Of a DNA stretch of 64,000 bases, positions 55,501 to 64,000 are shown piece by piece (the first letter of the stretch is position 1; every line of letters begins with the position of its first letter). This DNA comes from a virus. The notes beneath the pieces were generated by a model, which was not told the DNA's origin, did not search any database, and saw only the letters and a program-made list of their open reading frames with translations. The stretch lies in IMG/VR virus record IMGVR_UViG_3300007351_000587, one strand, 5' to 3'. A program made the translations under genes and the position numbers.

Positions 55501-58500
55501 GGTTGCTGCACGAGAAGATTTAGAAAACACGTTGAAAGAATGGACAAAACAAGGCAAGTTTCATCCAAAATATACACCGGAGGTTCTGAGAAGATTTGGA
55601 ATTGCTTTAAAAAAGAAACAACAAGCATATGAAAAACGTGGAATTGTCCCAATACTGACTATTGATGATACTCAAGCTGCAATTAAAGAAGCCAGATCAT
55701 TTGCTGCTCATGCTCCATTAATATTGGCTGAAGAACAAAGACTATATAAAGATGCTCAAAAAGCAGTTCTATCAAAATATAAATCTGAAACTGATGATGA
55801 TAGACAATCAGCCATACAATTGTTCCAAAGAATTTACAGGGAAGAGATTGCAAATGGTAGCACCCCACAAGAAGCTCAAGCCAATGCTGATGCTAGAGTT
55901 GATGCATATATGCAAAAAGCCAAGTCTAACACAGGAGTTGAACGTGGTCGTGATACAGATGTAGTAGAACCAGCCAAAGCAGTTGAAGAAGCAGAAAATT
56001 TACCACAAGAGGAAGTTGAAAGATATACACAACTATTTCCAAGTGAAGATACTCAATTACAACCTATTGGAACAAGGCCATTACCATTCCCTTCAGTTGC
56101 TGAAAGTCAAAGAATTGCAAATAGGGATAAATCTGAAGCGCAACAGACTAAAATTGAAAAAGATTTACCAAGTAGTTTTGATGATTTAGTCAGTAAAGAG
56201 ATGGCTAAATATACTCCTGAACAACAAGAAGATCTCAAAGCAAGATTTGATAAAATGTATGGAATCTATTCTGATCCAGAAAATGGACTTGGGCAAGGGG
56301 AAGCTGAAAAACTAGCTCTCAGAACTGTATTTGGTAAAGAAGCAGAAGATCTTTATGTCAACTTCTTGGATCATAAGGCTCAAGCAGCATATGATAGATT
56401 AGTTCAAAATAAAGTTGATCCAGAAACAGCAATAGCTACTATTCAGCAAATGGATCCTTCTTTGTCTGATTGGCGTCCTGGTAAGTTAGAGAGTGATAAC
56501 AAAACTGATATAGCTCCTAAACGTCAAAGAAAACTTCCATTAAGTAATCAAGAATCTGAAACACTTAGAAGTGCAAAGGTAGATGCTGAGAAATTAGTTA
56601 ATAGTTTGCAAAACATATCTCGTAAAGAACGTTTGTTTGAAATTAACCATTTCAACAATAATGTTGAAAAATACATGCAAACAGGACATAATGTCGATGA
56701 TGCAGTTGAAATGGCAACAAACGATTTAAATGAAAGAATATCAGAACTCAAATCAAAAACTAAAGTTCCAGCTGGTGGTGTTCGTCCAAACGCATTACCT
56801 AAAGAAACAGTTGAACCTTCTATTGATCAGACAGAGGAAGAAATTCCAGAAGAATCTGCAACATCTGATGAACGAAAGACACAAGTTGCTCCACTAAGAC
56901 AAAGAAAACTTCCTGAAACATTTGAGGAAAAAGAAAATATACGCAGTGGTAAAATTGCAGCAAACAGAAGATTATTAAAATTAGACATTCCCCCTATCGA
57001 ACGAAGGGCTGCACACCAAAGATATAATGATAGAGTACAAGCTTATCGAGAAGCAGGACGCAATACAGTTGAGTCTGTTAAAATGGCTACAGCTGACATG
57101 GAAAAAGACATTGAATATGAATTGAAACCAATTAGTGCAGCAAGAGAAAAAGAGAAATTAAAGGGAGCATTGAAAAAAGCTGGAGGAGACCAAAAGAAGG
57201 ATGCTCTAAAAGAAAATAAACCGTTGAAACAAAAAAAGACGCAAAAGAATGACGAAATATTAGAACTTCCTGCAGAAGCTGATGAGAGAATAAGGAGGGA
57301 AGAAGTTGAAGATGGAGCCTCAAGGTTATTAAAATCTGTTGGGATTGATTCTTATGACCCACATCAATTAGAATCAGTAATTGATAATTTCAATGGTAAG
57401 TTTCATGACGTACACAGAATTGTAGATGGTTTGTTAAAAGATTCATTTTCCTCTAAATTTGTTCAGAACTTTCATAAGAGATTTGATGAGTATCTTGATC
57501 ATTATTTGAGTAGTGGAATAGATCTTGCTACAGCTTTAGAAGAATCATTTATTGATACAATGGATAAAACGATTGGAATTGTAGAAGGGAAAAAGGGAGA
57601 AGCTAAGTTCAATTCTGTTGCTGATAAGTTGATAACAGATATAGAAAACACCATTAAGCAGTTTAGAAAGAATCCAATAGGAGAAGTTGCACCTGCTGCC
57701 ATGATGGCAGATGAAATTGAAAAAAAAGTAGATGACAAGCCAGAAAACTATGAACAAACCATTCAATCTCCACAATTTAAATCATGGTTTGGCGATTGGG
57801 AAAACGACCCAGAAAATGCATCTAAAGTAGTAGATGAAAGTGGCAAACCATTGGTAGTTTATCATGGTTCAAAATCTCCAGATAAATTTGAAGTTTTTGA
57901 CAAGAATAAAAGAGGATTGGGTTTTTTTGGGAAAGGGTATTATTTTACTGATGATTTAGATCTTGCCGAAAGATTCACAGGAGATATATTTACAGGGGCT
58001 AAGGAAGATAGAACTGGCAAAGTGGTAGAAGGGTATCTAAACATTAAAAACCCATTTGATATGGATGCTTACATGGGTAGTGATTTTCTGAAAAAAGTTG
58101 AATCGGAGTTAGGAATCCATTATGATGATGCAGATGAAATTCAAGGCTATTACATATGGAGAGATATCAAAGAATACATCGAAAATCGTATAGAAAACCC
58201 AGATCTTAATTTTAGATTAGTTAATGAAAAAACCAGACAGGTATTTCAAAAACTTGGGTTTGATGGTATAAAACATATTGCGGGTGATGATTATGGAACT
58301 CCAATTCAAGAAACAGGAGATTGGGATACAACTAGAAAAGCTATTTGTTATGTTGCTTTTGAAGAAGATCAAATCAAATCCGTAGACAATAAAGGCGAAT
58401 TCAATCCAGAAGATCCTAATATATATGCTATGATGGCAAATGAAACACCATCTAACTTTCAAGATACATTAAATAAATTTAAGAATGACAACATTCAAAA

Positions 58501-59104
58501 ATGGACTGAAAGACATCAACTATATTTTGATAGAAATATCAAAAATATTGATACAGCAAATCTAGACGAAAATCAAAAACTAGAATACAAAAAAGTATTG
58601 AAAAATGTTCTTGGAAGTTTAAACAATGCAGCAATTGATAAATTGAGTAAGCAAAGTGGTGGAATGGTATTTTATCGAAGTACACCAGAATTGTTAAAAA
58701 CAATTGCTAAATTAGATCCAACTGCCAAATCTTGGTTATTACAGCAAAAACGTGTTGGCGGAGCAATGTTATCTGATGGTTCAATTCATATAGACGGCGG
58801 GTTGAAGACCACAGATAAAATAATTCAATCTTATGAAGTTTGGTCTCATGAAATCTGGCACAAATTGGGTGTTGGTTTAGATTCTGATCCAATTTGGATT
58901 GAAGTTTATGGTAGTGAAATAGCCCAATCAAATGAACCTCTTACTGCGTACGCTTTAGAAAATGCTAGAGAAGGGTGGGCGGAATTTGGAAGATTGATAA
59001 ACAAAGCTCAAAAAGAAGGTTCTTTGCGTAAAGTAGAAGAGGAGTTCCCAAAATGTTCAGATGTTGTTAAAATGTTTGGTTTATGGCCAGAAGGTACATC
59101 TTAG
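52556..59104 (+). CDS. 2182-aa polyvalent protein with an ADP-ribosyltransferase-like (ART-PolyVal-like) domain and a C-terminal zincin-like metallopeptidase
   Basis: FKSWFGDWE...SKVVDESGKPLVVYHGS...GKGYYFTDD...YLNIKNPF...GFDGI; SHEIWH (HExxH). Confidence 0.82.
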   Translation: MIPKPPFLHQPVIIESVEYNSPDGEKEQIQLSLFGWANKSYDSQSDVKDKIQKVVDEISDEDWDGISIWMLKESPHLTIVDMADWNNGKAEEMLKHGLVRALGDETNIVWHNEGGKPEGDTWIEITKTKTLNNAGLKSIPVSVKHSVDGPKTVLSPKPVYKKPEAPKPVHRVLPKQVSNTQIMPNAAKPVSGPQYASAPQPVKMPDYDPEEAIDERTLTREETNKRKQTAAQEQISQALTETPRKIGKSPFEPLEDVDSSKTGAYTPSYVPEDEESLFEGGRIVSPPGADTSELAPETVSEQEIEEQAFPEREDTYREISRRKLEQAVPQEQREQQERSPSRSATPEEVEQARQEALAGFDDEFEEVRSTHSKTNQEVYKTRRDLFKLNNPNLPPEQKEQILQTVETIWNKLDAQNNKLRQLLGRLKKAVLGQKSMTWRTKASSIFEVDMSPGTVPPEEEQVVDSPAPETAQLQQNIELLKNSESLSEDKKTAMDAVSSELENKRKTQGQLIQEVTAAKESLQTPSRNTQPIKQDADNQSVENVEEVPTATSLTPEEALGQVQSQQQEEIPKAQQAEQIEEVSGTMPDVANDPQAKARLQARLSAIKARKDKKTQVAIGDEQNPDEESQDLDAEHQEFDQKTQTAIQENDKQFGTGITDEWGNALEQAMEEEAKNNKNSDISQTPLTPEQTQAEQDWQKSLIPWVQKGGKVNPSPQAASIGYRFYSGLLNKNVGTPSHINELNDKLYQQARGIGSAILTGIAAFLEGVFDVELVQPVANITGAIFGSAALPLAQALHDYVEEINKEEEKEDLENPATFNKVALGIKRSNRGQPLNNAQVSKQAQILNNLLYSGTGKRLSDADEEEFMKLSDQEREEYLIAALKKFQHENGIKTTGNAQKDWYKVEKKMWKNRLGFVPAGVAPTTPGLGAVAPSFNKKIFHNYLAQQQHQNKLNQMTAAQRAAARPTPPPDPDKEVNRSRKNVVAAREDLENTLKEWTKQGKFHPKYTPEVLRRFGIALKKKQQAYEKRGIVPILTIDDTQAAIKEARSFAAHAPLILAEEQRLYKDAQKAVLSKYKSETDDDRQSAIQLFQRIYREEIANGSTPQEAQANADARVDAYMQKAKSNTGVERGRDTDVVEPAKAVEEAENLPQEEVERYTQLFPSEDTQLQPIGTRPLPFPSVAESQRIANRDKSEAQQTKIEKDLPSSFDDLVSKEMAKYTPEQQEDLKARFDKMYGIYSDPENGLGQGEAEKLALRTVFGKEAEDLYVNFLDHKAQAAYDRLVQNKVDPETAIATIQQMDPSLSDWRPGKLESDNKTDIAPKRQRKLPLSNQESETLRSAKVDAEKLVNSLQNISRKERLFEINHFNNNVEKYMQTGHNVDDAVEMATNDLNERISELKSKTKVPAGGVRPNALPKETVEPSIDQTEEEIPEESATSDERKTQVAPLRQRKLPETFEEKENIRSGKIAANRRLLKLDIPPIERRAAHQRYNDRVQAYREAGRNTVESVKMATADMEKDIEYELKPISAAREKEKLKGALKKAGGDQKKDALKENKPLKQKKTQKNDEILELPAEADERIRREEVEDGASRLLKSVGIDSYDPHQLESVIDNFNGKFHDVHRIVDGLLKDSFSSKFVQNFHKRFDEYLDHYLSSGIDLATALEESFIDTMDKTIGIVEGKKGEAKFNSVADKLITDIENTIKQFRKNPIGEVAPAAMMADEIEKKVDDKPENYEQTIQSPQFKSWFGDWENDPENASKVVDESGKPLVVYHGSKSPDKFEVFDKNKRGLGFFGKGYYFTDDLDLAERFTGDIFTGAKEDRTGKVVEGYLNIKNPFDMDAYMGSDFLKKVESELGIHYDDADEIQGYYIWRDIKEYIENRIENPDLNFRLVNEKTRQVFQKLGFDGIKHIAGDDYGTPIQETGDWDTTRKAICYVAFEEDQIKSVDNKGEFNPEDPNIYAMMANETPSNFQDTLNKFKNDNIQKWTERHQLYFDRNIKNIDTANLDENQKLEYKKVLKNVLGSLNNAAIDKLSKQSGGMVFYRSTPELLKTIAKLDPTAKSWLLQQKRVGGAMLSDGSIHIDGGLKTTDKIIQSYEVWSHEIWHKLGVGLDSDPIWIEVYGSEIAQSNEPLTAYALENAREGWAEFGRLINKAQKEGSLRKVEEEFPKCSDVVKMFGLWPEGTS

Positions 59105-59214
59105 AAACTGAAATTCACAATATATTCAATATTTTAAGATAGTTTTACACTGCGAGGGCGTTATAATTCCTAAAATGGACTTTTTAGATTTTCACTATAT
59201 GTAGGTATTAATCA

Positions 59215-59589
59215 ATGGGAGTATTAGAAGAAATATTTTCAGAACGGCTAGAACTTCCAGATGGAATCGGACATGCTGATGTCCTCATTTCTGATAGGGA
59301 TATTACAAATCCAGATATAGTTAATAAATCACTTCCTAATTCTGATCAAAAATCTCCTGCTGCACCAAAAACATACTACACAAGTGGCGTTCATCATACC
59401 CATCCACCTCCACCGTATGCCACAGTAGATGGAAAACCAGATAAATTAAATAGAAAAAGATGTTTTGTGAGTGGGCAGATTACACCTTGCCAAGTAATGC
59501 CAAAACGGGGACTTTCCGGCGCAGCTTCTCCAAAACACATTAAATCATTGAGAAAGAAGTATGGCAAAGGTTCCACCCACCACCAATAG
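59215..59589 (+). CDS. Hypothetical protein
   Basis: ORF track. Confidence 0.55.
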   Translation: MGVLEEIFSERLELPDGIGHADVLISDRDITNPDIVNKSLPNSDQKSPAAPKTYYTSGVHHTHPPPPYATVDGKPDKLNRKRCFVSGQITPCQVMPKRGLSGAASPKHIKSLRKKYGKGSTHHQ

Positions 59590-60484
59590 AACACACGAAG
59601 ATAAAACTGATACTATTGGTTATTCCAGAGAACTAAAAAATCCATATAGGAGATTTCCTTCTGGGAGAGTGGATGAGTCTATAAGTCTTTTGGTAAACCC
59701 AGGAAGACAATATAGAGGAAGGTTGTATAAATCAACAAATAGGTTACAATTGGATAAACGTAATCCTAGTAAGAGTATTACAGTGGCAAATGTAGCTTCA
59801 TCTCCGTTCCAAAAAGCAATGAACCATCAAACTGATGGTGGTAACGCTGTCGAATTTATTCCATACACAGGAAAAAGAGGTGGAACTGGTTGTTTGAACA
59901 CTGCTACTGGGAAAGTTAGTTATGGAGATCCCACTAAATGTGAAGTGCCTACTGGAGAGAAAGAGGAAGAAGAAAAACCAAAACCCAGACAAAGGAAAAT
60001 GGAATATCCTAAACATAGGCATAAACCAGTCAGTGGTGAAGAAGAACTTATCTCAACTATTGAAGCTGAAAGTGATTACGACTTATATAAAGGGGCTGGG
60101 AAGTATAAAAATCCAGTTCAATTCATAGTATCTAAAGGCAAAAGATTCAAAGGATCTCCATTAGCTGCTACGTTAATTCAAGGTGAACAAAGTAACTGTT
60201 TTGTTAATGCAACCCGTTTGGTATTAGCAAATCCAGATTATAATTATGCTGAGGGATTTGTAAAAGAAGGTGCAAATCCTCCAGTATTACATGCTTGGGC
60301 AGTTACAAAAGAAGGTAGAGTTGTAGATAATACTTTGGAAAATCCCGGTTCTGCTTCATATATTGGAGTAGTTTTTCCAAGGCAGCAATATTTACAATAT
60401 ATTAGTAAGAACAAGTACTACGGTGTCTTAGGTGGTAACAAAGATCAAGCTGAGGAGGTATTGAGAAAAGGTGGGATTTCATGA
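59561..60484 (+). CDS. Protein with a C-terminal papain/transglutaminase-like Cys-His-Asp domain
   Basis: NCFVNA...LHAWAV...VVDNT. Confidence 0.65.
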   Translation: MAKVPPTTNRTHEDKTDTIGYSRELKNPYRRFPSGRVDESISLLVNPGRQYRGRLYKSTNRLQLDKRNPSKSITVANVASSPFQKAMNHQTDGGNAVEFIPYTGKRGGTGCLNTATGKVSYGDPTKCEVPTGEKEEEEKPKPRQRKMEYPKHRHKPVSGEEELISTIEAESDYDLYKGAGKYKNPVQFIVSKGKRFKGSPLAATLIQGEQSNCFVNATRLVLANPDYNYAEGFVKEGANPPVLHAWAVTKEGRVVDNTLENPGSASYIGVVFPRQQYLQYISKNKYYGVLGGNKDQAEEVLRKGGIS

Positions 60485-61851
60485 GTGTTGGCGTTCCTAA
60501 TATGGCTGAACCTCTTACCCCAGAAGATCAGAAACTGGTGGAAAGAGCATTACAAGCTGGTCAGCCAATGCAAAAAGCCGTGAGAAAAAGTCCATTTGAA
60601 GGGAAATCACTGAGCAAAGGTCTCAGAAAGTGGAAGAATTTTCTTATGTATGCCAGCAAAGCTGTTGATACATTAGTTGAAAATCAGGATATTATATATC
60701 CACCAGCTCAAGATGAAATCGTAGGTTCCAAGAAGCCAGAACAACAATCATCTAAAGTATCTGGCATATCTGGATCTAAACCAGCACGTAAAACTCAAAT
60801 AGCAAATAACATAGCATTTGAAATTCCAAAAGGTGATGATCCAGATTCTGGTACTCCTGGAGAAAAAGAAGGAATATCCCATCTTCCAATCAGTCGTTCT
60901 ATATCTACTAAACCAAGATCTATTCCCAAACCTGAAGAACCAATTTCTCCCAAAGAAAGATTAGCCAGAGAACAGGAAACACTAAACAAAAATAAACGTT
61001 CTGGTGAAGCAGATGCAGCTAATGCAAAAAAAACAAAAGAAGCAAAAGAAATTGCTGAGTTTGGCACTAATGGACCATTTGACAAATCAAACGTAGATCA
61101 ATGGCCGTCTATTGATAAAATGTTGAAAATTTGGGGACCTTTAATACTAAATAGGGCTAAAAGGATGTTGGCAGGAAATAAAGGTGCGGAACAAACTGCC
61201 GAAGATATGGTTAGTTACGCAATATGGAAACATATTAAATTCAGAGGAGATGTTAAGCTAGGATATAAAACTGATGATGATGGTAATCCAGAATTAGATA
61301 AATCTGGTAATAAAATACCAGTTGAAGTTCCTAGAGGAAGATATGATTCATTAGAAGCTTTTAGAAATAGTTTTCTAAATCATATATTTTCAAGGACCAT
61401 AGATAAAGGAAGAAGTATGACTGCTGATCCTGAAACAAAAGGAAGATCTATGTTCAGCAAGGAAGGTAAATACATAAGCGAAGTTAATAAATTAGATATT
61501 TCACCTGAACAATTGTTGTCTAGAAAAGAAACTCAAGATCAATTAAGATCTATCATTGATTCTTTACCAGAGATTGAAAAAACTGTATTGATGCTTCATC
61601 ATTTTGGAAATCCAAACGATTTAAGTGGAGCAGAAGAATTAGGAAGTGGTGTTTCAAAAAGAGAAAAGGGTATGAAATTAGAAGACATTGCAAATAGTTT
61701 AAGTGTTAAACTAGGCAGGGAAATTCCAGTAAACACAGTTAAAACATGGCTTCGTAAAGCTAGACAAACACTAGAAGAAAAAATAAGTGATGAATTGTTG
61801 GAAGATGTTAAATCTCCTACTTGGAGAGAAGGTAGATCGTTACCAGAGTAA
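60481..61851 (+). CDS. ECF-like sigma factor with a ~200-aa N-terminal extension
   Basis: AEQTAEDMVSYAIWK region 2; IDSLPEIEKTVLML...LEDIA...IPVNTVKTWLRKARQTL region 4. Confidence 0.75.
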   Translation: MSVGVPNMAEPLTPEDQKLVERALQAGQPMQKAVRKSPFEGKSLSKGLRKWKNFLMYASKAVDTLVENQDIIYPPAQDEIVGSKKPEQQSSKVSGISGSKPARKTQIANNIAFEIPKGDDPDSGTPGEKEGISHLPISRSISTKPRSIPKPEEPISPKERLAREQETLNKNKRSGEADAANAKKTKEAKEIAEFGTNGPFDKSNVDQWPSIDKMLKIWGPLILNRAKRMLAGNKGAEQTAEDMVSYAIWKHIKFRGDVKLGYKTDDDGNPELDKSGNKIPVEVPRGRYDSLEAFRNSFLNHIFSRTIDKGRSMTADPETKGRSMFSKEGKYISEVNKLDISPEQLLSRKETQDQLRSIIDSLPEIEKTVLMLHHFGNPNDLSGAEELGSGVSKREKGMKLEDIANSLSVKLGREIPVNTVKTWLRKARQTLEEKISDELLEDVKSPTWREGRSLPE

Positions 61852-61863
61852 CCGGAGAAATAA

Positions 61864-62058
61864 ATGGCAACATGCAAACAAATTTATGATAATATGTATA
61901 GTTACTTAGATGGAGATCTAACCTCAGGACAAAAACACACAGTTGATAACCATATCAAAAAATGTAAGAATTGTAAAACGTATTTACACAACTGTGAAAC
62001 TGTAAACCATATTTTAGAACTCATGAAGGACATACCTATGGATAATGAACAAGAGTGA
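61864..62058 (+). CDS. Zinc-binding anti-sigma (ZAS/zf-HC2) protein
   Basis: CKQI...YLDGDL...HIKKCKNC (HxxxCxxC). Confidence 0.85.
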   Translation: MATCKQIYDNMYSYLDGDLTSGQKHTVDNHIKKCKNCKTYLHNCETVNHILELMKDIPMDNEQE

Positions 62059-62072
62059 AAGACAGTTAGTAG

Positions 62073-62564
62073 ATGTCCCGCTTGTTTTCAATTCTAGTTG
62101 TATTAATACTCACTTCTTTTGCCCAATCTGAAGTAAATATCCCCAGTACCTGTAGGGTTAGAAATAAACCCAACGGATACTGCACATATGCATCTATGGA
62201 AATCATAGGTCGTTTTTACAAGGATGAAAGACTTTATGGACTTGTTGATCATTACTCACAATGGGAATCAAGAGGTGCTGGTACAAGGGAAGTTAAAAGT
62301 TGTCTTGATCATCTTGGGGTGGAGTATAAAATATATGAAGACACTAGTTTAGATTGGTTGAAATATCAAGTAGATAATGGAATACCTGTTATAGTTGGAT
62401 GTCATTGGGGAAAAGGATCCCAACATGCAATAATAATAGTTGATTTGGATAATGAATGGGTTAAATATATAGATAGTAATGACATTCATCATAACTATTG
62501 GGTTGATATAAATTGGTTTAAACAAAATTTTACTGGTTGGTCGATAGTAATTGAGAAGAGATAA
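62073..62564 (+). CDS. Secreted C39-like cysteine peptidase
   Basis: Signal peptide; GYCTYAS...QHAIII...YIDSN. Confidence 0.72.
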   Translation: MSRLFSILVVLILTSFAQSEVNIPSTCRVRNKPNGYCTYASMEIIGRFYKDERLYGLVDHYSQWESRGAGTREVKSCLDHLGVEYKIYEDTSLDWLKYQVDNGIPVIVGCHWGKGSQHAIIIVDLDNEWVKYIDSNDIHHNYWVDINWFKQNFTGWSIVIEKR

Positions 62565-63631
62565 TGGAAAAAAGATATTGTGAATGCGGTTGTGGTGTAG
62601 AGACAACCCAGGGTAAAAAGTGTTTAGAAGGTCATTTTGTTCGATCAAACGGAGATTACTATGCAATTTGCTCTAATCCAAATGGCAACCCCAATTGTTT
62701 GAAATTTACACATTGTAGTAGTTTACCTACTAAAAAGGCATTAGAGGCGAGAGGATGTTTATGCAAAATTTGTAAACAAGAGAAAGAACAAATTAAGAAA
62801 CGAATTGCCGCAGAAGCCCAAAGTACTGAATTATGCGCGTGTGGATGTGGATTGTATCCCCGTTTGAATAGGTTATTTATTAGTGGACATAATAAACCTG
62901 GACTCAGTATGAAAGGAAAGAAAGTTAAACCAGACACTTTACAAAAAATGACTGAGGCGAGAAGGAACAGGCCTGTTCCTTCTCCTGAAAAGAAATCAGA
63001 AATTAACAATAAGATTAGTAATTCTTTATTTGGTAGAAAACTTCCTCAATCTCAAAAAGATAAAATATCAGCGTCTAACAGAGGAAAGAAAAGATCACCA
63101 GAATTTTGTAAAAGAATAAAAGAATTAAAATCAGATCCAGAATATAGAGCTTATATTTCGAACTTGTATACTGGGGAAGGAAATCCAATGTATGGTAAAC
63201 CTTCTCCTAAAAAATCTGGATTTAGTATTTCAGGGAGATTTAACGATGTATTTTTCAGAAGCTCTTGTGAGCTATCATTTTTGATTAATAATTCTCAAAC
63301 AAAATGGATTTCAGCTGAGAATAAACAATTTAGGATATCTTATATTGATAACAACGGTATTCAAAGAAACTATTTCCCAGACTTTTTTAGTTTGGAAAAT
63401 AACATTTTGGTAGAAATTAAACCTGTTAATTGGGAAAAAGATTTACGCCACGAAAATACTGAACTTAAAAGAAATGCAGCTTTAGAACTTTGTTCTAAAA
63501 TGGGTTGGGAATATAAATTTGTGGCAGTTGTCCCGTTGCCTAAAAGAAAAGTGTTTCAAATTAGAAATTCTGGTTTGATTTCTCTTACTAAAAAGTGGGA
63601 GAATCAGTTTCAAAGTTGGAAGAATAGATAA
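62564..63631 (+). CDS. Homing-type endonuclease: CxCGC and NUMOD3-like repeats, TnsA-like PD-(D/E)xK domain
   Basis: CECGCG, CACGCG; RSSCE...YFPDFF...LVEIKP. Confidence 0.78.
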   Translation: MEKRYCECGCGVETTQGKKCLEGHFVRSNGDYYAICSNPNGNPNCLKFTHCSSLPTKKALEARGCLCKICKQEKEQIKKRIAAEAQSTELCACGCGLYPRLNRLFISGHNKPGLSMKGKKVKPDTLQKMTEARRNRPVPSPEKKSEINNKISNSLFGRKLPQSQKDKISASNRGKKRSPEFCKRIKELKSDPEYRAYISNLYTGEGNPMYGKPSPKKSGFSISGRFNDVFFRSSCELSFLINNSQTKWISAENKQFRISYIDNNGIQRNYFPDFFSLENNILVEIKPVNWEKDLRHENTELKRNAALELCSKMGWEYKFVAVVPLPKRKVFQIRNSGLISLTKKWENQFQSWKNR

Positions 63632-63667
63632 TTTATTAAAGTAATAACTCTGGAAAGGGTATTAGAT

Positions 63668-64000
63668 ATGAAAAAGTTTGTTATTTGCATGTTAGTTGGA
63701 TCTCTCCTTCTTGGTAGTTTCGCAATTGCTCAAGAAACTTCTAAACCAGATATTGATTTGAAGAAAGTCCAAGAGATACAAGATTTTTCCGTTACAATTC
63801 ATGCCACAGGATCTCAGGGTTCTGGTGAAATTAAGACAAGAGATGGAATTAATTATGTTTGGACTGCTGCTCATGTTGTAGATGGTTTGAGGAAGACCAG
63901 ATCAATTGTAGATGCTAATGGTTCAACTAAAACCATTGTTGAATTTGATGATGCTAAAATAGTTAAAGAATATATCCAAGATGGAAGATCTGTTGGCCGT
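63668..64000 (+). CDS. Secreted trypsin-like serine protease, truncated by the window end
   Basis: Signal peptide MKKFVICMLVGSLLLG; QGSG...VWTAAHVV. Confidence 0.7.
   Translation, partial: MKKFVICMLVGSLLLGSFAIAQETSKPDIDLKKVQEIQDFSVTIHATGSQGSGEIKTRDGINYVWTAAHVVDGLRKTRSIVDANGSTKTIVEFDDAKIVKEYIQDGRSVGR

Noticed and set aside
1-64000. Stop-codon reassignment (TAG or TGA)
   Set aside because: Known enzymes are full length under code 11, all three stops terminate genes, and no suppressor tRNA was found.
1-64000. Minus-strand and nested ORFs in the track
   Set aside because: All are short, lie opposite or inside longer + strand genes or RNAs, and have no SD or motif support; treated as shadow ORFs.
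47475-64000. Major capsid, terminase or tail genes
   Set aside because: No recognisable motifs; the phage assignment rests on gene content and organisation, and the structural core must lie outside this window.

Overview
A 64-kb slice of a large, AT-rich, probably tailed dsDNA phage genome. Essentially every credible gene is on the + strand, genes are tightly packed and often translationally coupled, and the standard code reads through without problems. The host is inferred, weakly, to be Planctomycetota from a LExLExRxxL-type N-terminal motif, an ECF/ZAS sigma pair and Tat-type leaders. From 1 to 47 kb the window is accessory and metabolic: NAMPT-like, PRTase, SSB, J-domain kinase + vWA + PurA-like genes, NrdB with an ATP-cone plus NrdA, isocitrate lyase, glycosyl- and methyltransferases, Pth2, a PspA/DUF350 membrane module, a sigma factor, 11 tRNAs without encoded CCA, and at least 7 free-standing homing-type endonucleases. 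From 47 to 64 kb are very large polyvalent, probably injected proteins (helicase + 2H phosphoesterase; ART-like + metallopeptidase), an ECF sigma with a long N-terminal extension next to a ZAS anti-sigma, and secreted peptidases. The best candidates for undescribed biology were read directly from the DNA. (1) A Ro60/TROVE gene split in two by an endonuclease, preceded by five paralogous Y-RNA-like elements interleaved with tRNAs. (2) A conserved unknown protein gene followed by a ~480-nt RNA made of two circularly permuted tRNA-like modules joined by repeated AGA(C/T)TT linkers that also occur in the gene's own leader. (3) Endonucleases that strand the old 5' end of their target gene and supply a recoded replacement. 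(4) A ~320-nt structured RNA abutting tRNA-Asn. (5) A four-copy AAAC-N16-CGTCTA ECF-type promoter. (6) A recurrent C-terminal NPFY peptide motif. All family names are from motif recognition only; no database searches or folding programs were run.
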